From Channa argus (Eukaryota): DNA of 64,000 nt. Below are positions 56,601 through 64,000 of the stretch, in pieces. The notes beneath the pieces were generated by a model, which was given only the letters and a program-made list of their open reading frames with translations, was not told the DNA's origin and did no database searches. Each line of letters opens with the position of its first letter. Position 1 is the first letter of the stretch. The position numbers and the translations under genes are program-made. The stretch covers positions 20,123,894 to 20,187,893 of the forward strand of contig NC_090210.1 of the NCBI RefSeq assembly GCF_033026475.1, in the 5' to 3' direction.

Positions 56601-59600
56601 AATCAGCTATGTCATTCCAGTACAACTTCAAGTGTAAAAAAGTCCATACAGGTGGGACACCTTATGGTTTCGCAAGTCAAAGACTCTTGTCTTAGCTGTG
56701 AACTAGGTGTTAAATGTTTGATTTTAATTAGGAATCAAAACACGTCTACAGCAAGTTTAAAACCGTTTCCACGCCAACATTTAGTTTATTATATTTACAA
56801 AAATAGTCTTTTTTTAATGTCTATTTATTTAAATTACAAGTAATTTCCTACAGTTTGTCAAACCAATGACACTTATCCAACTATGTTATTTATGAGCTAA
56901 TGGCATGTTTGTAATAAAAGCAGAGTCTTTTCTTTGTTTAACCTGAAAAAAGCGTCTTTGCTGGAAACGTGATCAGTTCAGTGTAAATCTGCTTTCAGGA
57001 TGATGAAAACTAAAGACTAAAAATATGGATTAATCGGTTAAAGTTTACTTAAATTAAATAAACGTAAAATACTTAAAAAAAAAAAAAAGTATAAAATCCA
57101 TTACTAAAGTGGCACAAGTCAATGAATGTAAACCGCTCTGTGCATTGGACAAAGAGCAACTGTTGAGCAACAAATGAAGTGAAGTCTCGGTGGCTCCACC
57201 ACCAACAGCAACAGCAGCGTTATTCATACAGTTTCTCAGCAACCTGCCAATACTGTCTAATGTTCAGTGACCCATTTCCTTTTACACAAGGTCGACCCAC
57301 ACACATCTCTTGCAAGGAAACTAGAGGGCAAGAAAATTTCATTGGTTGATTTTACCATTAGTGGGAAGAACTGAAAAAGTTGGCCTATGGCCCAGTAAGG
57401 AAGGCGGAAGTCAGCACACTCATACTACGTATTTTTATACTACATACCAAATTAAGTGCGGGTGTCTGTGGGTCAGGGAGTAGAGCAGGGTCAGGAGTTC
57501 AATCCTAGCCTGAAAACGCTTGTAGCTTTAGAAAGACTAAAGATTAAATAACTCAATGTAAGTTTAATTCTCACTGTCTTGATTGTTATTGGACATAACA
57601 CACAGAGTATTGTGAGATTTCGTGCACATGTTGCATGAATTTGGAATAGAAATCCTGATTGTGTGTGTGCGCGCGCGCGCAATACACGTGTTACAATGTC
57701 ATGAACTCCACTGTTACGGCCCTCAAGTTTGTCCCAATAGCCGTGTTTCCATATAAACACTTCCACGAAATGCGTCCCATGTACATCGTGAGGGACGAAA
57801 CCCACCCTCTGTGCAAAATGTATTGAAAGGTTTACAAAGCCAACGTTTCCACATTCCAAATTCTAGTCGCATAAAGTGAATATTTTCCAAAGTTGCAGCC
57901 TTTTCAGTACAACATTCCCAATTTTTGTTCCATGTTGAGATGGAAACACTGTCCCGGGAAACACAAAGAGTCAATTACTTAATAAAATTCTGCTGAACCC
58001 TCATAATACTTTAAACTGTGGAATTTATACGACATTACTTCTTAAAAAAGATCCAATCATAGTTAGTATGAATAGTAGTAACAGTGTCAGCAAGGTCTCA
58101 TCTACCCAGTGAACATATCCTCCAACATGAACAAGCAATAAAAAATTTTAATAATAATGTTTTGTGGAAAGGGTTAATAAACACATTCTTTTAAGGAGTT
58201 CCTGTTCGGGGAATTGCCAACATCTATGGCAAATAATTCTTGCGGTGTCCTTACCGACACGCCTCAACGAACCCAAATCATAATTGTCGGTAGTTCCACT
58301 TGCACATTTGCCTCCAAGCCAAAAACTGCCCGAGCTGCATATTAACCGATTTCCGCCAATGAATGTTATCATTCGAAATCACGCTGGGGTGGGGAGCATT
58401 TAAAAATCAGACACAGATACATTTGAACCGAAGACCAAAGTGAAGCATTTTAAACTCCTGTGTCAAAGTATCGTAGTTTGTAAAGCTTGTTGGGCTACTG
58501 TTCAGTGTGTTGGTCGCTGAGATTAAAAAAAAAAAAATATATATATATATGTGTCTTGGTTGGTTTCCATTTGAATTTGTAAGTATTTTTTTCTTAGAAA
58601 AACAAAGCAAAACAAATGTCTTGCAGCTCGAAAATGCATGAAACTTATTGCAGGTTTTGACCATTTAGTGTGTTCACCTAAATCATGCCGGGAAAAAAAA
58701 AGAAAATGTCCACTATTACTTTGCCACATAAAAGCAGCTCTTGTACTGCTGCCATTTTTCACATTGCAAGTCTCAGGGAACTTTTTCCCCCTTTTCTTCT
58801 CAAAGACATATTGTTACAACTCGCGTCCTGTTTGAAAATCTACTTGGCAATAAACCTATTTCTAATTCTGACTTGGCATTAAATCAATCTCACTGCTTTA
58901 TCGTCAGTACTCACAATGAACCACCAGCTGATTTGAGATCCTGCGTGGCCCCTCCAGACCAGGATGCCACACTAAGCAGTCCAGCTTTTTCCCGTTCATG
59001 CTGCGCAGAGGGTGCAGAGAGTAGTAGCTGGACACAGACCATCCCTCATTGGTACGGTTCTGGAACTGGCCCGGCAGGTCAGTGTCCCAGGAGAGACGGG
59101 GAACTGGGCGACCCACGGCTCGGCAGGTGGCGGCCACACGAAACGACTGGCCCTCCACCAGGATTACCGGATCCAAAGAGAAGATGGGCAAAACTAACAG
59201 AGGAGGAGAAACGGGGTGAGTTTAGGATGTACGTTACTTTAACAGCAACAGCCCAAAAGTTTAATTTGTTTTAGTGGCATGAACACAGAAACATAAAGTA
59301 TCTTGGTGGTTTAGAGAAGTTCCAAAGTAAGATGTGCAGAATTGCAAGCAGCATTTAGTGATTTGGCAGGTGGAAGATACAAAGCAACCAAAATAATTAA
59401 GTCCAAGTGAAAACATCGAGAGCAAAGTTTCATTAGAAGAAATGTTTCAGTGTCACTGTCACTTTCATCGCAAAAAGCAAATAAAACATTTAAAGTTCTT
59501 AAGTGTCAAATAATGATTTTCTCCCCCCAAAAAACAAAAACAACAACTTTGTTTTAAAAACTGCTGTGTGAACACATTTAATTATACAGGTTGAAGAATA

Positions 59601-62600
59601 TGGAAAAAAAACATATTTGTTGATTTGTTTTCTCGCAAAAAAACAACAAAATACTTTTATTATTGTTTGGATAATAACAAAAACAAAAAAATGTAAATAT
59701 AGAACAGTAAATCATGTTTACTGGCAACAATTAATGGAACCACCATTTCTTTTCTGTTGTTTTTCCTAATCACAAACATATATAAACACTGTCATTATTA
59801 GATTATCCATTTCTGTCAAACTGTTAATTATGTATTTATCTAAAATGCTCAGTATAATCTTCATTCCCTATAATTCATGGTAGATGTTAATTAATACTTT
59901 CCAAAGCCTCAAGGCTCAAAGATAATTTGTTTTTACCTTAAATTATCTAAAGGGACAATAATCACATTAAGACTTTTTACTTGTTTGAGTAGTGATGTTA
60001 TATCAGGGACAAGTATGAGCAACGAGGTCCTTGAGATGTTGCTGCTGGAAGTATCAGATCGGAAGAATATGGTCACACAAAAGAAAACCCCAACCAGACA
60101 CCACCAGGAGCTGAAGTCGGCCATCCAGACAATTCCTCACATTTTACGGTAACACGATAAGGACGTGGTGCATTTCTGACTGAAAAACCATCCACTTGCA
60201 TGCGATGAATGTTTTGAAAAACACAAGGGCAAGTGTCACTCGTAATATTTTCACATAAATACGTTTCTGTTTTGTTACTTTCCGTCACCAACTGGTTTGA
60301 CACGCTCGTGATTCACACCCCGGTCATGAACCTCTGCTGTTGTCAACACCGAATGCTCGGTAAGGCCTCCCACTGGTGTTTGGATTATTACAGCAAAAAG
60401 ACAAAGCAAGTAGTTGGGATTAGCAAAGAAGGCCATCGTGGATTGAAAGACAAAGAAAAGGGCACCGCCTGTAGAAACATAACTCTGTCAACAGAAACCC
60501 CAAAACAACATGACATCATCAGGACCGCCCACAGGGTAAACACCAGTCCACACAAATAAATCTGCGAGCTGCACAATAGACGAGCGTAGATAACAAATCT
60601 CTTAATCCAGATGTGGAGCTCTTCTCACGTCAGAATCCTAATTTTGTCCTCCAATAACTATTTATGTTCTCAATAAAATGTGATCTGTAACTATCCACAG
60701 TGGCCCTTAGAGCTCAAGGCAAGAGACTTTTCTCGAATACATTTCAATAGAAACATGCTCAAAAACTGGCATATTGCAACTTAATAAGAAAACACAAACA
60801 AATGAAGTGAACAGCGTCAGCAATCTGACACTAAAGGCCCATTGAAGGGTAAATGCAGAAACACTGCGGCCATTTTCAGATGGGATGTTTGGATGTTTAT
60901 TGTTGCCATGGGGACTCATTAAGCTGCAGAAGTCGAAAGGTGTTAGAAAATGAGCTAAGGTACGTTTTTAATAGTTTTGCTGCACTTTTCTGTATTGGAT
61001 TGAACTTCCTGCATTTGCAGCATTATTAAAATGGCAAAGTTGTTTTCCAAAGTTGCCTATGTCATGTCTGCCCGCATTTGTTTTCTTAAGCTGCAGTGCG
61101 ATGAGCCCTCAGGGCCACCGTAGAAACAAATATTCAAATTCATTATAGTTATATTTTGTATTTCAATTTGGATGACTCCTAAAAATACACAGAAGTGACC
61201 ATCAAAGAAAGAATAAAAGTGGAACGGAAGCAAAAAACATGATACTAATAAACCTAAACGTGATTTTAAGTAGGTTTAGTCATGAAGGGATTACTGAACA
61301 ATCAGGACACAGGCCCAGGGGCCCGAGAAACGAAGGGGCCCCTGGGCCTGTGAATGACTAGAGTGTTTATATACTTAGAAATTAAAAGTAACAGGGTTGA
61401 GTTAAAAGGCAAAATGACAACAAAAGATGCAACACGTGACCAAAATTGAACACAAAGTTACACAAAAAAAAAAGAAATAAAAAGGAAAAACAGCGAAAAC
61501 AACAACAAAATGATTCCAGAGGAAAAAAAAGGTCACATGACCTAATTTATAATCCCTTTGTGGCTCTTTTAGTTTGAGAGTCAGGGTGGGGCCTTTTACA
61601 AAACCTATGACTTTGTTTAAAATACATAAATGAAATAAAAGTTATTGTTGCTGATAAGGTGGTGATTTGAGAAGAAAGTAGCGCAGCCTAGTTGGATCAG
61701 TTTAAAGCTTTTAATAATATTCAAGTTCAGCATTTTCTGACTGAATGTTTACGGTCTAACGAGTTGAGCTAAGTCTTCGCTGGAGGTTGTCGGTTACTCA
61801 TTTGTATATTCCTGCTGGTTTGTCTGACGTGCGGCGTGTTGGGACAGGTTGATGGCTGAGCTGTCATCGCTGGCGACTGCCAGCAAAATGTCATTTAGGA
61901 CAGATAACATCGCTCGAGGTTTAAATTCGAGGCGGATCTGTTCAAAAAACAGCTTTCCCACAGCTGTCATGATGGTGGTTCTACTGAAATCGTTTCACAC
62001 TTTAATCCCCTCAGATCGCCATAAGCAGGGAGTGCGTCCAAAACGCCCGCAATGGCGGCACTACAGCCGTTTATTTCGAGATGATTTCTTTCTAGTATCT
62101 TTTCTATCTTTTTCTTTGATTCATTTAAAAAAGGATTTAAAGATGCCCCGTGGGGGGTTTTCTTTCATTGTCACCACCTTTCCGAGGCTGAGAAAGGTGC
62201 TTTTGTTTACCTGGCGTGTGGCTGTTATTTCTTCCCACTGTCTACCTATATGTGACATTTATTGCTCTGCTCTCATCTGTTCTCCACATTTTATTTATTA
62301 CCCGTGAGAGTTTTTCTTTACATGAGGATAAAAAGCGTTAAAGCTTTTGCCTGTATACTGTGGCCTCAGAGAGTATTAGAACCCGTATAAAGTGCAAAAC
62401 CACACAACAAACGGCTTCTCATAGTTTTGACTGCTGAGATACTATCAAGCTGCACAATAAAAGAAAAGCCTTTTGCACCAAAAGAAGATTAGTTCTGTCA
62501 AACGTGCATGTTTGTGTTTTTCACTTTTGTTCTTGTTAATACAGGGGAAAGTGCTTCTGAACCACTAAACCAGCAGAGGTTTGCGGCCACGTATGCAAAC

Positions 62601-62928
62601 CTGCCGAATTCTACCGGTTGGCAGCTCTTCTTTTTCCTCGAAGATGATTATGGTTTAAACATCATTACAGCAGCTCTGACAGGATTAGGAAGGTGTGGCA
62701 GGGAAGACAGAAAGACAGACAGACAGAGAGGAGGAGGAAGAGGAGGAAGATGAGTCTTACTCCAGACAGTGAGTGCGATGTGCCTCTCAAAGTTTCCTTT
62801 GGGGAACGTGGAGATGTGGCAGGTGTAGCTGCCCTCGTCCGACTCCTCCGTGCTGAGGATGAGCAGTGCCGAGTTCTCGGTGGGGCTGCTGCTCTCGAAC
62901 CTCACCCGGCCCGAGTAACGCCCAAACT
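50382..62928 (-). CDS. nectin-4-like Ig-superfamily adhesion gene (partial; 5' exons with signal peptide and first half of the V domain not found in the window)
   Basis: V domain YSGRVRFESSSPTENSALLILSTEESDEGSYTCHISTFPKGNFERHIALTV (FxTFPxGxxE motif of nectin/PVR family). C2 domain SYYSLHPLRSMNGKKLDCLVWHPGL (nectin ..[21 protein letters not shown]). TM helix IIIGASAAALVVVLITVVLLV. C-terminal tail ..NNHFYYSNGILRPKPHANAILLHPRGQLI* resembles the nectin-4 tail ..[28 protein letters not shown]. Confidence 0.7.
52467..52526 (-). CDS. candidate small cytoplasmic exon of the nectin-like gene
   Basis: Canonical ttttcag/gtgagt sites bracket AEDYALLRVDSRTKNSQMSL. No homology support, phase not verified. 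Confidence 0.3.
53033..53170 (-). CDS. nectin-like exon: transmembrane segment
   Basis: ESRKAGFPADNLLLIIIGASAAALVVVLITVVLLVNRYHRQRNKKLEMEL; hydrophobic 23-aa core followed by basic stop-transfer. Confidence 0.7.
53908..54049 (-). CDS. nectin-like exon: second Ig C2 domain, 3' part
   Basis: SGGALPDGASVVGEKLVFARPLRVNDSGVYECVVKNSVGLGKAEYTLTVK; ccacag/gtacgt. Confidence 0.7.
56285..56397 (-). CDS. nectin-like exon: second Ig C2 domain, 5' part
   Basis: DPPDATISTPSGHLYVGMKNAELVCDGGGHPKPQNITWTW; tgtcag/gtaccg. Confidence 0.65.
57658..57682. repeat. (GT)n/(GC)n dinucleotide repeat
   Basis: gtgtgtgtgcgcgcgcgcgc. Confidence 0.9.
58915..59193 (-). CDS. nectin-like exon: first Ig C2 domain
   Basis: PIFSLDPVILVEGQSFRVAATCRAVGRPVPRLSWDTDLPGQFQNRTNEGWSVSSYYSLHPLRSMNGKKLDCLVWHPGLEGPRRISNQLVVH; donor gtgagt. 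Confidence 0.75.
62751..62928 (-). CDS. nectin-like exon: 3' half of Ig V domain
   Basis: ccctcag acceptor/gtaaga donor; FGRYSGRVRFE..YTCHISTFPKGNFERHIALTVW. Confidence 0.7.
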
Positions 62929-64000
62929 CTGAGGGACAAAACAAGCACAACAGCTGAGTACTCCTCTACGTCATTCATCCATCACACGTTAACATCTTCT
63001 CCACCTCATCACCAGGGAAGAGCGAACATAACACTAATGTGATCACATCTCAAACTACACTGTAGCATGGAACATTTGACATTTCTTGTAGAAAATTTAG
63101 AGACAAAACAACTCAGTTTCATTTACCAATTCCCTTCCGTCTTCTTCTGCCTTAATTTACGGTCAGGGAAACGTATCTGGCCCGAGTTTAGCTCCAGCTT
63201 AGTGTAATGTGCCATGGCCAAAACCGATTCATCCCGTGGGCTGAATGATTGCTATATGACATCATTATGTTGTAGTATTTGACATAGTAGCAGTAATTTT
63301 AGGATGGTGACGCTCCAGTTCGGCTCTTGGCATTAGGGAGTGTGTTCACAACTGGCAAAAGGTAATAAAAGGTTCCATCACTGCTGAGAAGAATAAAAGT
63401 GTGAAGTGTTCAGTCCTAAAACTACAGACTGGGGCTAAATAACAGAAGCGGCTGAAGGTTTCTAATCTTGAACTCCCAGTAACTCTTCGCACTTTTATTC
63501 CCAGGACAGTGATGCTTTGTTTAAAGAGCATCTGGACAGCAGCTGTCTGTTCACGATCTCCTTCCAGCCGGGAGTGGATTTATTCCTCTAATCCTCTGAC
63601 CACAACCTTGCCTGTCTGTCGTCTCCTTCATCAGTCCTCAACCACCAGTCGACTGTGACACAAAGCACAACCCCCCCACTAGAGACCTCTTTTCAAAAGA
63701 GTAGCAGGAACAACATGGATGGGATTAATAACGTTAACATTCTGTCAGTAAGCAAGCATGCAGAAAAATAACAGGAGCAACTAAAATAAGGTATGTGTTT
63801 CCACCCACAGAAGCCTCTGTGCTGCTAAGCATAACCCACCTTTTCTGTACATCTTATTTTATTTGCCCGTCACTTTGACAGCATCACTGTCCTAAACTGA
63901 AGTTAAAAGTAGAAACTTGAGATCAATCCACTCTACTCCACCCAGCTCTCTCTCCCACCATCATCCACGCTCTGCCACGCTCTGCTCAGCCCTTCACATA

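Noticed and set aside
59933-60303. Minus-strand ORFs 59933..60124 (MADFSSWWCLVGVFFCVTIFF.., signal-peptide-like) and 60073..60303 between nectin V and C2 exons
   Set aside because: The hydrophobic start could be an alternative leader exon, but there are no splice-site-consistent boundaries and no Ig motifs. The true first exons are most likely beyond the window. Left unannotated.

Overview
This window is teleost (fish) nuclear genomic DNA: it has spliced multi-exon genes, tRNA-derived SINEs, LINE and DIRS retroelements, a fish-specific FiNZ zinc-finger gene, and no prokaryotic-type gene organisation. Most of the window (about 5.7-32.3 kb, minus strand) is one large gene that I identify as the ortholog of telomerase-associated protein 1 (TEP1, a vault/telomerase component). 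Its exons encode, in order, the Ser-rich N-terminal repeats, the TROVE domain (motif [14 protein letters not shown]), DUF4062 ([16 protein letters not shown]), a NACHT P-loop (GGPGEGKT) and about 20 exons of WD40 repeats ending ...GKLYFLTWKE*. These align piecewise to human TEP1, including the identical C-terminal ending. I resolved about 54 coding exons; coordinates are approximate (within about 10 bp) because splice sites were read by eye.
The most unusual feature is that the TEP1 5' module (TROVE-start exons plus upstream motif) is present three times. Copy A (0.5-3.4 kb, minus) lies just 3' of TEP1, has intact ORFs and splice sites, and probably begins a tandem TEP1 paralog that runs off the left edge. 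Copy B is the bona fide 5' end of TEP1 (29.6-34.3 kb). Copy C is a rearranged fragment (36.3-36.4 and 42.08-44.6 kb) interrupted by a nearly complete DIRS-like tyrosine-recombinase retrotransposon (36.4-42.1 kb, minus) and preceded by an RTE-like LINE (34.35-36.28 kb, minus) with a target-site duplication.
Downstream are a 2-exon FiNZ-ZNF gene (44.85-47.9 kb, plus; Tc1 remnant in its intron) and a partial nectin-4-like Ig-superfamily gene (50.4-62.9 kb, minus). There are several SINEs, two of which share their 3' tail with the LINE, plus a MITE, a foldback repeat, a (TAC)n microsatellite and a 45-nt poly-G tract.
I found no novel defence-type system here; the NACHT ATPase belongs to TEP1.
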